Source: Microcystis wesenbergii Mw_QC_B_20070930_S4 (lineage in GTDB: Bacteria; Cyanobacteriota; Cyanobacteriia; Cyanobacteriales; Microcystaceae). From it: a stretch of DNA of 64,000 nt. The translations under genes were made by a program, and so were the position numbers. The stretch is taken from assembly GCA_007096525.1 (NCBI GenBank), contig SFAQ01000031.1, positions 15,666 through 79,665 on the forward strand, in the 5' to 3' direction. The notes under the pieces are model-generated. The model was not told the origin of the DNA, did no database searches, and worked only from the letters and a program-made list of their open reading frames with translations. Positions 40,980 to 51,589 of this stretch are shown in pieces; the stretch's first letter is position 1; every line of letters begins with the position of its first letter.

Positions 40980-42011
40980 CTATTTTTGCAACTGCTTAAC
41001 CGCTTGATAGATTTCGGGTAAACGCTTGTAAACGGCTGCTACCTTGAGGAATAGTTTATGAGGTATAGCAGGAGAACCGGAAACCACTTCTCCTGCCCCG
41101 ATATCGTTGTGAATGCCAGTTTGGGCTGTGGCGATCGCACCGTCCCCGATCGCTGCTTGATTGGCAATGCCCACCTGTCCTGCTAAAATAACGCGATTGC
41201 CCAATTTTACGCCTCCTGCCATGCCCACCTGTCCTGCTAGGGCGCAAGCTTGGCCAATTTGGCAATTATGGGCAATATGGACGAGATTATCGATCTTAGT
41301 CTGGCTGCCGATGCGGGTTTCTCCCACTGCCGGACGATCCACGGCACTATTACAGCCAATTTCTACCCCATCTTCTAAGACCACGATACCCGATTGTTCC
41401 ATCTTAAACCAGCCTTCGGGAACCGGCACAAAACCGAAGCCCTCGGCACCGATAACAGCGCCACTGTGGATAACGCAATCATTGCCGATTTGTACCCGTT
41501 CATGGATAGTACAGTTAGCGTGGAGAATTGTGCGATCGCCAATATGCACACTGGGGTAAACAACGGCGTTAGGATGAATGCACACCCCATCACCGAGGGT
41601 AACATTGGCTTCTACCACGGCATGGGCCCCGATGGCGACTTTATGGCCGATTTTAGCCGATGGATGGACCACGGCGGTGGCGTGAATGTAGGGTTGGGGC
41701 TGAAAGGGTTGATAGAATAATTTGATGGCGTGGGCGAATAAAAGTCGGGGATTGGCACTAGCTAACCAAGCGATGCCGCGTTCGTCGGCCTGTTGTTGTA
41801 GATTGGGATCAAGGGGCAGAATTAGGGCAGTAGCGTCAGTTTTGGCGACAAAAGAAGCAAATTTTCCCCCTTCGATATAGCTGATGGTATCGACTAGGGC
41901 GGTTTCGATGGGAGTTATGGCTTTAATTTGGGGATTTCTGTCGGGATAGGCGGTTAAACTGTGGGATTGCACTAAAGGGCTTAATTTTTGGGCAATTTCA
42001 CTAAATTTCAT
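40980..42011 (-). CDS. lpxD: UDP-3-O-acylglucosamine N-acyltransferase
   Basis: Hexapeptide repeats, GAEGFGF, KIDNLVHIAHN. Confidence 0.96.
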   Translation of the reverse strand: MKFSEIAQKLSPLVQSHSLTAYPDRNPQIKAITPIETALVDTISYIEGGKFASFVAKTDATALILPLDPNLQQQADERGIAWLASANPRLLFAHAIKLFYQPFQPQPYIHATAVVHPSAKIGHKVAIGAHAVVEANVTLGDGVCIHPNAVVYPSVHIGDRTILHANCTIHERVQIGNDCVIHSGAVIGAEGFGFVPVPEGWFKMEQSGIVVLEDGVEIGCNSAVDRPAVGETRIGSQTKIDNLVHIAHNCQIGQACALAGQVGMAGGVKLGNRVILAGQVGIANQAAIGDGAIATAQTGIHNDIGAGEVVSGSPAIPHKLFLKVAAVYKRLPEIYQAVKQLQK

Positions 42012-42263
42012 AAATATATACGGCGATCGAGATAGGGCTTATCATAGGATAGTCTAAGGCTATACCGATAATATTGTCGTTATTATAGTCAAAAAAGTTG
42101 CTGGTTTTTTAGGAAATTATTCTTGAGTTTGATCGGGATATTATGCTGGGATAAATAAGGTTTTTGAGCAAGTTTTGTCTTGAAATTTATATTTAATATC
42201 AAGCTGTTTTTGCTACCGATGATGATTTTAAACTAGATTATAGCGATACTTTCACAATTACTC

Positions 42264-43151
42264 TTAATTATAAACTGGTAAGCGCGCTTTTAATTCCCAG
42301 TCATAAATTGCTAAAAATTCCTTTAATTTATTGGGGTGTAAATGGAGGTAATCGGGATTAACTTCATCGATAAGGCCAATACCGCCTAAATCCCGCGCTC
42401 CTGCCGCTAAACAATCCAAGAGAAAAAGAGGATCTGGTACTAGATTTGGGGGAATTTGAATGACAATATCTGGGGGCAAAATTTCCCTAGATTGTCTAAC
42501 TAGAGCGGGTAATTTTTGCAGATCAAAAGGATTATTTTGCCACTGTTCTCTTTTACCCGGATTGTAGGGTTGTAGGATCACTTCTTGAATATGTCCCCAA
42601 CGTTGATGAATAGTGGCAATAGTTTCTAAGGTCACTAAGCGATCGCATTCCGTTTCACCAATTCCTAATAATAAACCCGTGGTAAAAGGAATTGCTAATT
42701 CTCCCGCCCATTGTAACTGTTCTAAGCGCAGGGACGGCACTTTACTGGGAGCATGACGATGGACAGTATTTAATAAAGTCACCGTCATTTGTTCCAACAT
42801 TATGCCCATAGATAGATTGACATTTTTTAGTTTTTCCATCTCAGCAAAAGTTAAAATCCCCGCATTGGTATGGGGATAAAAACCCATATTTAAAGCCAAT
42901 TCTGCTAAATTATAAATATGCCGAAACCATAACTCTCGATTGGGTGCTAAAGGATGAACTTCACCGCTCAGAATTAAAATTTCCGTAATTTCCGAACCCT
43001 GCAAAGCAGTTAAAATCTCTTTGGCTTTTTCCAAACTTAACCAGCCATCAGTGCCTAAATCCCTGCGAAAATTACAATAACTGCAACGATTGAAACACTC
43101 GTAGGTAGGTACAAGGGTATGAGAGGGACTATAGGTGACAATTGTTGACAT
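42264..43151 (-). CDS. cofG: FO synthase subunit CofG (radical SAM)
   Basis: CFNRCSYC, PHTNAG, PFTTGLLLGIG, IQIPPNL, DEVNP. Confidence 0.88.
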   Translation of the reverse strand: MSTIVTYSPSHTLVPTYECFNRCSYCNFRRDLGTDGWLSLEKAKEILTALQGSEITEILILSGEVHPLAPNRELWFRHIYNLAELALNMGFYPHTNAGILTFAEMEKLKNVNLSMGIMLEQMTVTLLNTVHRHAPSKVPSLRLEQLQWAGELAIPFTTGLLLGIGETECDRLVTLETIATIHQRWGHIQEVILQPYNPGKREQWQNNPFDLQKLPALVRQSREILPPDIVIQIPPNLVPDPLFLLDCLAAGARDLGGIGLIDEVNPDYLHLHPNKLKEFLAIYDWELKARLPVYN

Positions 43152-43263
43152 TTTTTTCGGGATTGCAGTTCATTACGAGCATTCAAGGGCGAGAAAATTT
43201 GCTATCGTGGGGAGAATTGCTGTTTTATTCACTTAAAAACGCTCTCCCTTTTCGTTTCCTCCT

Positions 43264-44928
43264 ATGATTTTCGATCCTGCCAGTCTTCCCTCCCATCGTC
43301 AAACGATTCGTCCGATTAGCGCCACGGCTCTGCACGGAATTGTATTTCAAGATGACAAATTAATCGCTATCGACGCAAAAAACGGCTATTTATACCAAAT
43401 TGTCCTCGATACTGGTCATACAAGCGTACTTAATTCCCATCGCTGGCAAGAATTCGTCGGGACGACGGGATTGGCAATCGATGATCAAAATAACCTCTGG
43501 TTTACTACTCGCGAAAATCTCTACTGCTGCACTCTCGAAGATTTTACCCCGAAATTTTTTACCCGTCTTCCCTACACCGCTAACGGAGTCGCCGTAACTG
43601 CTAACACAATTTATGTCACTTGTCAACGTTCTGGACAAATCTTTATATTTGATCGCCAATCGGGACAGGAAATTACTCGTTTGTACGCGCCTGGTATCGG
43701 CATCGAAAATATCACTATTCGCGGGGAAGAACTTTGGTTAACGGATACCCTAGAACAAACGGTTTACTGTCTTGATCGCGCCACGGGAGAACAGCTTTTT
43801 AGCATGATAACTCCTTTTGAATCGCCGACGGGATTAGCATTTTATCGCGATGCTAACAGTGGCAAGGATATCCTATATGTAGCCTATGCTTTCCAAGAAC
43901 CCTGTATCCGCGATAATCCCAATTCCGAACAGGTTCACGAACTTAGTTATCGTCCGCGTACTTTTGTCCATCCTCTATATTTTCACTACGATCCCGCTAA
44001 AAAATACACCCTTTCTAACGGTTATCTGATTGAATTATCCTACGTCGAGGAATTGGAACCCCTCTATAATATCGAACTCAAAAATGTGGAATGGCGCATC
44101 GCTTTACCCTTAGAAACACCACGGCAAAAAATTCGCAGCGTCGAAGCGGTGGGATTGCCTTTTATTGAAGAAATTCAGGACGGGCAGCGGGTGGCAGTAT
44201 TTAAGTTCGAGCAAATAACAGGCAAACAACGTCATATTTTTGGGTGGAAAGTAGTATTAGAAGTATGGGGTATTAAATACCAAATTACTCCCCAAGATTG
44301 CGAAGATTTACCCCCCTTACCCGCCGATTTTCCCGATCGCTATTTGATCGATAATGATGATCTGGCTATGAATACAGAAATTATCCTCAATGCTGCCGAA
44401 GAAGCGATCGGTCGGGAAACCAATCTCCTCCGAAAAGTTTATAGTATTCGTAATTACGTCTATGATCAGCTTTCCTACGGGATCAAACCCAACATCGACA
44501 CCCCTGATATTGCCCTGCGGCGCGGAGTCGGTTCCTGTGGGGAATATGTGGGTTTATTATTGGCTTTGTGTCGTCTCAATGGTATTGCCTGTCGCACGGT
44601 AGGACGCTATAAATGCCCACCCCATCCCCTCGAACGTAATTTACCCCTCGAACCGGATTACAATCACGTCTGGATGGAATTTTATCTGCCCTCTATCGGT
44701 TGGGTTCCCATGGAGTCCAATCCCGATGATATTTTTGAAGGTGGTCCCTATCCCAATCGTTTCTTTATGGGTTTAGCTTGGTATCACACGGAAATTGCCA
44801 AAGATATCCCCTTTGAACGAATGCTCAGTGAAGGACAACCGGTGTTAAAAACCCAAGTTCCCATCGGCGATTTAGCGATTAATCACGTTCAATTTATCAT
44901 TCTTGAGGAATTAGCCCCAAAAGACTAG
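43264..44928 (+). CDS. Beta-propeller + transglutaminase-like domain protein
   Basis: GSCGEY and YNHVWMEFY catalytic motifs; repeated short beta motifs at the N-terminus. Confidence 0.8.
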   Translation: MIFDPASLPSHRQTIRPISATALHGIVFQDDKLIAIDAKNGYLYQIVLDTGHTSVLNSHRWQEFVGTTGLAIDDQNNLWFTTRENLYCCTLEDFTPKFFTRLPYTANGVAVTANTIYVTCQRSGQIFIFDRQSGQEITRLYAPGIGIENITIRGEELWLTDTLEQTVYCLDRATGEQLFSMITPFESPTGLAFYRDANSGKDILYVAYAFQEPCIRDNPNSEQVHELSYRPRTFVHPLYFHYDPAKKYTLSNGYLIELSYVEELEPLYNIELKNVEWRIALPLETPRQKIRSVEAVGLPFIEEIQDGQRVAVFKFEQITGKQRHIFGWKVVLEVWGIKYQITPQDCEDLPPLPADFPDRYLIDNDDLAMNTEIILNAAEEAIGRETNLLRKVYSIRNYVYDQLSYGIKPNIDTPDIALRRGVGSCGEYVGLLLALCRLNGIACRTVGRYKCPPHPLERNLPLEPDYNHVWMEFYLPSIGWVPMESNPDDIFEGGPYPNRFFMGLAWYHTEIAKDIPFERMLSEGQPVLKTQVPIGDLAINHVQFIILEELAPKD

Positions 44929-45191
44929 AATTCTGAGCCATCATCTAGGATGCCCATTTCTCTGTCTCTTTCTTCTTTGAGTTCTTTGACCATTTGTAAA
45001 CCCGCACCCACACAGAAGCCCAGGGCTGCCCCAGCACCGGCAAAATAACGTCCATAGATGATTTGATAGTGATAGGGATTTTTATAGTTGACTTGGCTGG
45101 GATTGCGTTCAATGCGGCTAATGCCATAACCGATACCAGCGCCAACTAAAGCCGTTACTAGGCCTGAAAATAGAACTAGACGAAAGTTCAT
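44925..45191 (-). CDS. Small membrane protein
   Basis: 88 aa with two Gly-rich hydrophobic helices. Confidence 0.6.
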   Translation of the reverse strand: MNFRLVLFSGLVTALVGAGIGYGISRIERNPSQVNYKNPYHYQIIYGRYFAGAGAALGFCVGAGLQMVKELKEERDREMGILDDGSEF

Positions 45192-45424
45192 GATCTTATC
45201 TCCCGATGGACTCTGACTTTAGATTATCGCTGAAAGTTAGTTAATGGCAAGCGATCGCAATAATTTGTTATACCATTTTTCTCAAGTCCTGACAGACATA
45301 GAGATTCTAAAATCCAAGACCATCCCGTCAAATACCCAATCCTGTCATTGGATAAGGAGACCTTTCAGTGAGAAGAAGCGTCAGAAACTCCCAGGGAGTG
45401 CCTAGTGGGAGTAGTTCATAAGAG

Positions 45425-45498
45425 GGCGAACGAGGGGACTTGAACCCCCGAATGGTGGAACCACAATCCACTGCCTTAACCACTTGGCTACGCTCGCC
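45425..45498 (-). tRNA. trnH: tRNA-His(GTG), CCA not encoded
   Basis: G-1, acceptor GCGAGCG/CGTTCGC, anticodon arm GTGGA-TTGTGGT-TCCAC, GGTTCAAGTCC T-arm. Confidence 0.97.
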
Positions 45499-45600
45499 GC
45501 ACACCTTCCCTAGTATAGCACAAAACGAATGGTTGGCAACAGGTTTTTTATCCTCAATTCGGGCTATGGTTAGGGTAAGTGAGTGATGATTTGAGAGCTT

Positions 45601-45987
45601 ATGAAATTGGCACGGTTAGGGGGAGTGGTGGTAGGAGTGGTTTTAGGGGGAATTGCGGGGATATTGCTGACAACTAACCCCAATCGTCAAGATTACGAAC
45701 AATACGCTTCCCAGAGGTTAACTAGCTATCTTAGGGATAATGTCTGCGCTCGGGCGCAAGCTTCCCTCGATGTGCAAGCTCTCTTGCGGGGTTACTGTAA
45801 AATGTTGGTGGATACGGGTCAACCTTTTTTACAAGAAGCGATCGCCAGTAAGACTACTAGAAAGAATTTTCTCATTTTCAGTGTTTATCAAACGGAATTA
45901 TGGTTCCCTCCCCCTTTACCTAGTTACCACTTCAGCAGCGTCGGTTTTTTGAATAAATTATACATCTACGAAGCTTTAGAACTGTAA
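45601..45987 (+). CDS. DUF4359-like protein
   Basis: N-terminal TM, TNP..DYEQYA, NFLIFSVYQT. Confidence 0.7.
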   Translation: MKLARLGGVVVGVVLGGIAGILLTTNPNRQDYEQYASQRLTSYLRDNVCARAQASLDVQALLRGYCKMLVDTGQPFLQEAIASKTTRKNFLIFSVYQTELWFPPPLPSYHFSSVGFLNKLYIYEALEL

Positions 45988-45999
45988 TCAGTTTCTGGG

Positions 46000-46064
46000 T
46001 GTGGGGATTTTTAAAACCTAGACCCAAACTAACTTTTGGATAAGATGCACAGTTGGCATTCATA
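46000..46064 (-). repeat. 65-bp dispersed repeat; second copy at 49514-49577
   Basis: Reverse complement matches 49514-49577 with 6 mismatches and 1 indel. Confidence 0.85.
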
Positions 46065-46081
46065 GCTTGATTCAGTAAGGC

Positions 46082-47689
46082 CTACTTTTCTTCTTGTCTT
46101 CTTGCTGCTAATTGGTCTAAAATTTCGGCGTGAACTTGGCGAGTAATTGGATAAAAATAGGCAAGAATTAAGCTAATGATCAGGAAAAATGCTGGTAAAG
46201 GGGCAATTGCTAGGCGAATTGCTATTAAAGCACTATCTGGCTGTAGGGGAATTGCTTCTCCTGGTATTCTCGGTTTAAAACCGGATGTTTCTAGGGCAAT
46301 ACCGACAAGAAATAACCCCAAAGCTAAACCAATTTTTTGCAGAAGTACCATGAAAGCATAAAAAATCCCTTCTCGACGTTTTCCTGTTTCTAATTCGTCT
46401 AATTCAATCACATCAGGAACCATTGACCAAGGAATTAAATAGGCCACAGATACGCCAAATCCCGCCAAAACTGCCAAAGCATACATCAAAGTTATTTCTC
46501 CTGGTTGGAGCAAAAATAAACCGATTTGGGCAATAATCCAGACTGTCATCCCTAAAAAATAGACTATCTTTTTGTCTAATTTCTGACTAAATGCTTGCCA
46601 GAAAAATAACATCACTAAAGCTGTTCCCTGTACTGCTAAAGCGACTAAACCCGATTCTGCTTCCGATAGTCTCATGTAGCTGACGACGTAGTAAACCAAA
46701 ATCGAGGCGGTTAATTGTACTCCTAACCAGGCACAAAGATAGATGCCAATAACGTATAAAAAGGGACGATTACCAAAAACTATTTTTAATTGTTCTTTCA
46801 GGGGAATAGTTTCGGTATTATTAGCAGCTTCCCTCTGTTTAATTGCTGCGCTATCCCTGAGATGATTTTCAGTTTTGCCATAGTAAAGGGTTAACCCCGA
46901 AACTATCCCTTGTATTCCTAATAAAATTGTGGAAATAGCGATAAAGTCTCTGGGATTTACCCCAATTTTTCCCAGTCCATAGACGAAGGCAAGCGCACCG
47001 ATAACTATACAAGCAATTGCTAAAACTTTTTTCTGAGGGGGATTGAGAATCGCTTTTGATCCTCGTTCTTGCAAAACCAAAGCGCACCAAATAACTGCTA
47101 TAATCGACATTAAAGCACAAACTACACCTAACAATAAAAAAGCTTGATGGAGATCGTTGCGATAGGACGATGAGACGAGAATATAGAGAATTAATGAGAG
47201 AATGCTGCCCCCGATGGAAAAGGCAAAACGAAAACTATTTAAGCGGGTTCTCTCATTATAATCATGGGTTAATTCAGGGGTGAGTGCCTGGTAGGGAAGA
47301 TTGACTACTGTATAGGTTAAATTAAAGATAATGCCGATAAAAATATAATATAAAAATAACCATAATTGGTTATTGGTCGGGATTAACCACAGTAAAAAAT
47401 AGCTAATTCCGAAGGGAATCGACCCCAATAACATCCATGGTAAGCGACGACCCCAAATAGTACGAGTTCGATCGCTCCACATTCCAATAATCGGATCGTT
47501 AATAGCGTCGAAAATTCTCACCACCATCAGCACACTACCAGCTAATCCTGCCGATAATCCTGCCACATCAGTGAGGAAAAATAGCAGGTAAAATACCGAG
47601 ATATTGGCAGTGATAGCCGGTCCCAAATCGCCAGCACCATAGGCGATTTTTGTGGTTAAATTGAGTCTTTCAGCAGTTAAATGAGCCAT
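46082..47689 (-). CDS. MFS/GPH (MelB-like) sugar:cation symporter
   Basis: KIAYGAGD, DAINDPIIG..SDRT...GRR, PYQAL, PDVIE. Confidence 0.9.
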   Translation of the reverse strand: MAHLTAERLNLTTKIAYGAGDLGPAITANISVFYLLFFLTDVAGLSAGLAGSVLMVVRIFDAINDPIIGMWSDRTRTIWGRRLPWMLLGSIPFGISYFLLWLIPTNNQLWLFLYYIFIGIIFNLTYTVVNLPYQALTPELTHDYNERTRLNSFRFAFSIGGSILSLILYILVSSSYRNDLHQAFLLLGVVCALMSIIAVIWCALVLQERGSKAILNPPQKKVLAIACIVIGALAFVYGLGKIGVNPRDFIAISTILLGIQGIVSGLTLYYGKTENHLRDSAAIKQREAANNTETIPLKEQLKIVFGNRPFLYVIGIYLCAWLGVQLTASILVYYVVSYMRLSEAESGLVALAVQGTALVMLFFWQAFSQKLDKKIVYFLGMTVWIIAQIGLFLLQPGEITLMYALAVLAGFGVSVAYLIPWSMVPDVIELDELETGKRREGIFYAFMVLLQKIGLALGLFLVGIALETSGFKPRIPGEAIPLQPDSALIAIRLAIAPLPAFFLIISLILAYFYPITRQVHAEILDQLAARRQEEK

Positions 47690-48160
47690 AAAAGCAATTA
47701 CAGAGATTAAAATAAGCTTAACCGTTCTCGGGGAATTTGTAACCTTTGCTAGGGCAGTTGAGGAAGTTTAATTTTTTTTGTCTCTAGTAATTCCTGAAAA
47801 TATCTAGCACTAAAAAGAGAAGATTCCTCGATCACACAAGGGACAAAGAAATGGCTTTATCTGTGGCATCTGGGAAAATTCTGACTATTTCCCCGTCCTT
47901 TACTTTTTATCTATCGCCTTGGCCAGCATTATGAGCTAAACTGACTAATATCACTTATTTTAGCTATCAGCATCAGAATTATCCTTATTTTGGCAGTTAC
48001 ACTTAAGAAGAGCGACTGGATTGTTCTTTTTCGGACTGTTAGCGGTGAGGATGTATTACTTGGGGGACGATCGAGATAGAGCCAGAAAGTGCGATAGTAC
48101 AGATAAGAGATCAGGGAAAATTTTTTCGCCCAACCTAAACCTTTTTGAAACTGACGTTCT

Positions 48161-49264
48161 ATGATGCCTCATATCTTCCTATTTTTAGAGATTTTTGCCC
48201 AAGAAGGCGGTATTCAATCATATATCAAGGATGTTCTGCAAGCTTATCTCACTTTGCCCAGTTCCGAGGCGGCCGAGGTTTTTTTGCTGCGGGATGCCCC
48301 TGATTGTCCTAATCCTTTCAAAAATCAAGGTATTACCTTTCATTACCTGAAAAATAACTCAGCAACTCTCGGACGCATTCAATTAGCCCTTAAGTTTTTA
48401 GTTTCTCTCCTCCGGAAACGTCCCCAACGGGTTTTTTGTGGTCATATAAATTTAGCCCCCCTCACCCGTCTTTACTGTCAAGCTTTAGGCATACCCTACA
48501 CCGTCCTCACCTACGGCAAAGAAGTCTGGGAACCTTTAGCAAATTCCCAAAAACAGGCCCTGCAAGCGGCCGAATCGATCTGGACAATTAGCCGTTACAG
48601 TCGCGATCTTATGTGTGAGGCTAACGCTATTGATCCCAAAAAAGTAGCAATTCTCCCCTGTGTGGTAGATGAAGAAAAGTTTAATTTAGGTGAAAAGTCC
48701 TTGACATTAATCAAGAAATATGATCTAGAAAATGCCAAAGTTTTATTAACAGTGGCCCGGTTGTGGTCGGGGGATATCTATAAAGGGGTAGATGTGACCA
48801 TTCGGGCCCTGCCGACAATTCTAGAGACTTATCCCGAAGTCAAATATCTAGTCATTGGACGGGGGGACGATCGCCCGAGGTTAGAAGCTTTAACCAAGCA
48901 GTTAGGAGTGGATAAACAGGTAATTTTCGCCGGTTTTGTCCCCACGGAGGAATTAGCCGACCATTATCGTTTAGCCGATGCTTACGTTATGCCCTCCCGG
49001 GAAGGTTTCGGGATTGTTTACCTAGAAGCGATGGCCTGTGGTATCCCTGTGGTTTCTGGAGATGAGGACGGTTCAGCCGATCCGCTGCAGGATGGTTTGG
49101 TGGGGTGGCGCGTTCCCTATCGAGATGCCGAAAAGGTGGCTAAAGCTTGTCTAGAAATTTTGCCAGGTCAGGATCAACGTTGTCACCCGCAATGGTTGCG
49201 TCAACAAACTGTGACTAAATTCGGCAAAAAGGCTTTACGGGCAAAATTACTCGATTGGTTGTAA
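48161..49264 (+). CDS. Glycosyltransferase family 4
   Basis: TVARL, YKG, EGFGIVYLEAMACG. Confidence 0.92.
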   Translation: MMPHIFLFLEIFAQEGGIQSYIKDVLQAYLTLPSSEAAEVFLLRDAPDCPNPFKNQGITFHYLKNNSATLGRIQLALKFLVSLLRKRPQRVFCGHINLAPLTRLYCQALGIPYTVLTYGKEVWEPLANSQKQALQAAESIWTISRYSRDLMCEANAIDPKKVAILPCVVDEEKFNLGEKSLTLIKKYDLENAKVLLTVARLWSGDIYKGVDVTIRALPTILETYPEVKYLVIGRGDDRPRLEALTKQLGVDKQVIFAGFVPTEELADHYRLADAYVMPSREGFGIVYLEAMACGIPVVSGDEDGSADPLQDGLVGWRVPYRDAEKVAKACLEILPGQDQRCHPQWLRQQTVTKFGKKALRAKLLDWL

Positions 49265-49319
49265 GCAAGCGTATCCTAATTTTACACCCCCGGGCAAGAT
49301 GTCTGTTAAGATAAACGGC

Positions 49320-49460
49320 ATGGCAACTTTAACTCTCACACTTAAACTTCCTTTTTATCGGTTAAACCAGTGCAAAGCACAAGAATTTGAGCGACTAACT
49401 GAGTTGAACAAGGCTATGACTAATCAACTTCTAGAAACCCCTAAAACAGATAGAAGAAAG
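49320..49460 (+). pseudogene. 5' fragment of a TnpB-like (IS200/IS605-type) gene
   Basis: MATLTLTLKLPFY..KAQEFERLTELN resembles TnpB N-termini (from recall); breaks after ~46 codons at a hairpin. Confidence 0.5.
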
Positions 49461-49513
49461 TGGGGGCATCCCACTTTCTTCCTGAGTATAAATACTTAAG
49501 TTTAAATAAAAGG

Positions 49514-49577
49514 TATGAAGGCCAACTGTACATCGTATCCAAAAGTCAGTTTGGGTTTAGGGTTTAAAAATCCCACA
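49514..49577 (+). repeat. 64-bp dispersed repeat; second copy at 46000-46064
   Basis: TATGAAGGCCAACTGTACATCGTATCCAAAAGTCAGTTTGGG...AAAAATCCCACA. Confidence 0.85.
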
Positions 49578-49613
49578 GAAGAAGATTCAGAGATCAAATC
49601 AGCAACGCCAAAG

Positions 49614-50045
49614 ATGACAACCTATCGCAATCCTGCTCCCACTGTTGATATTATCATCGAACTGATCGACTCGCCCCACCGTCCGATCGTACTGATTGAG
49701 AGAAAAAATCCGCCCTTTGGTTGGGCAATTCCGGGGGGATTCGTGGACTACGGTGAATCGGTGGAAACGGCGGCCATTCGGGAAGCTTACGAGGAAATCA
49801 GTTTAGAGGTGCAGTTAATCGAGCAATTTCACGTCTATTCCGATCCTAACCGCGATCCACGTCAACACACCATTAGTATTGTTTTTATCGCCACGGCAAA
49901 AGGCAAACCAATTGCTGCCGATGATGCCAAAAAAGTCGGGGTTTTTCATCTCTGGGAATTCCCGCAACCTTTATGCTTTGATCACGATCGCATCCTCAAT
50001 GATTATCGTCGTTATCGGGATTATCAAATTCGTCCCACACATTAG
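49614..50045 (+). CDS. Nudix hydrolase
   Basis: Nudix box [21 protein letters not shown]; SDPNRDPR; start reassigned to ATG 49614. Confidence 0.92.
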   Translation: MTTYRNPAPTVDIIIELIDSPHRPIVLIERKNPPFGWAIPGGFVDYGESVETAAIREAYEEISLEVQLIEQFHVYSDPNRDPRQHTISIVFIATAKGKPIAADDAKKVGVFHLWEFPQPLCFDHDRILNDYRRYRDYQIRPTH

Positions 50046-50224
50046 ACCTCTTGTAAAAATCAAAAATTGTTGTTAGGGTTAGGAGTCTCCGAGTCAGGAG
50101 TCTCCGAGTCAGGAGTCAGGAGAATAAACAATAATCGATTAAATAGTCTATTTACAGATTTTATGCAATTTTATCCTTATTTTTGCCGTTTTTGAACCCT
50201 CAAAAAAATTGTGCAAGAGGTTTA
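50043..50224. mobile_element. MITE (TAGACCTCT termini)
   Basis: TAGACCTCTTGTA ... TGCAAGAGGTTTA; shares its left end with 16890. Confidence 0.72.
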
Positions 50225-50371
50225 TTAGGTCTTCTGCAAAAATCAAAAATCTTCCCTTAGGTGAGGAGATAGGAGAAAGGAAACCTTAAAAAATTAAGCT
50301 AAGGGGCATTTTAAGCGCCTATCCTGAGATTAGCTGAATCTCCCCCACCCCCTTTACTAATGCGCGGCAGC

Positions 50372-51589
50372 TTATACACTTCTGAGGGCGACAATCGGTT
50401 GCAATTTAGAGGCACGATAGGCGGGAAAAACGCCAAAAAAGAGACCAATACCCGTGGAAACACTCAAAGACAGGGCGACGGCGGTGGCGGAAACAGTGGC
50501 AGCCAGGGGAGAGAAACTGGAGACGAGAACGATCGCTCCTGCACCGACGAGAATACCCAGCGCACCGCCGGCGATGGAAACGAGAGTTGATTCAATCAGG
50601 AATTGTAAGAGAATATCCTGTTCTCTGGCTCCGATCGCTTTTCTTAGTCCGATTTCCCCGGTTCTTTCCGAAACCGAAACGAGCATAATATTCATCACCC
50701 CGATACCCCCGACAATTAGGGAAATACCGGCGATTAGAGCCAAAAGTAAGGTTAGACCCTGGGTAATCGTGCCGAAGATTTCGATCATTTTTTTAGCAGT
50801 TTCGACGCGAAAATCATCCTCAGCCACGATTTTATGGCGTAAACGCAGGAGATTCTCGATTTGGAACTTAGCGGCGCGGATTTCCTCCCCCGATCGCGCA
50901 TTGAGACTAATCCAACTCAACTCGACACCGTAGGGTCCGGTTTTGCCCACCAGTTGCGAGTTCATGGTGCTAAGGGGGATAACCAGCATTTCATCCTGAT
51001 TATTGCCAAAAAAGGAGCCTTTCGCCTCTAAAATCCCGATCACCTCAAAACTGAGATTTTTGATCCGCAGCTGTTGACCAAGGGGATTTTGGGTGGGGAA
51101 AAGTTGCGCTGCCACTTCAGCACCGATCACCGTTACCCGTTTGTTACGGGCTAGATCGATATTATTGATAAAACGACCTTTTTCCACGGTAAAATTGCGG
51201 ACAGAAGCGTATTCCTCTGTGCTTCCCGTGACTAGAGCCGTCATGTTGCGATTACGATAGGAAATCAGGAAACGAGCGTTTATTTCTGGGGCGACTTCAG
51301 CGACGGTGGGAACCTGTTCGGCGATCGCCTGAGCATCGGCTAAAACTAGGGTTTTCGGTAAATTAACGGTGGTATTGCGTGCTTGTCGCGACCCCGGCAC
51401 CACAAAAATGGTATTGGGTCCCAAGTTAGCAAACTGGTCATTGGCTAAGGTTTGCGCCCCTTGGCCAATACCGATCATGGCCACCACCGAAGCGTTACCG
51501 ATGATAATTCCTAACATAGTCAGGCCGCTACGCACTTTATTGGCCCCGAGGGTGGAGACGGCCATTTTTAAACTTTCGATGATCAACAT
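50372..51589 (-). CDS. MacB/FtsX-type ABC permease
   Basis: RSGLTMLGIIIG, GGIGVMNIMLVSVSERTGEIGLRKAIGA. Confidence 0.93.
   Translation of the reverse strand: MLIIESLKMAVSTLGANKVRSGLTMLGIIIGNASVVAMIGIGQGAQTLANDQFANLGPNTIFVVPGSRQARNTTVNLPKTLVLADAQAIAEQVPTVAEVAPEINARFLISYRNRNMTALVTGSTEEYASVRNFTVEKGRFINNIDLARNKRVTVIGAEVAAQLFPTQNPLGQQLRIKNLSFEVIGILEAKGSFFGNNQDEMLVIPLSTMNSQLVGKTGPYGVELSWISLNARSGEEIRAAKFQIENLLRLRHKIVAEDDFRVETAKKMIEIFGTITQGLTLLLALIAGISLIVGGIGVMNIMLVSVSERTGEIGLRKAIGAREQDILLQFLIESTLVSIAGGALGILVGAGAIVLVSSFSPLAATVSATAVALSLSVSTGIGLFFGVFPAYRASKLQPIVALRSV

Noticed and set aside
42264-43151. cofG without cofH
   Set aside because: The two subunits are commonly unlinked in cyanobacteria
45200-45498. 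Island integrated at tRNA-His
   Set aside because: No duplicated tRNA 3' end or integrase; only a terminator-like hairpin follows
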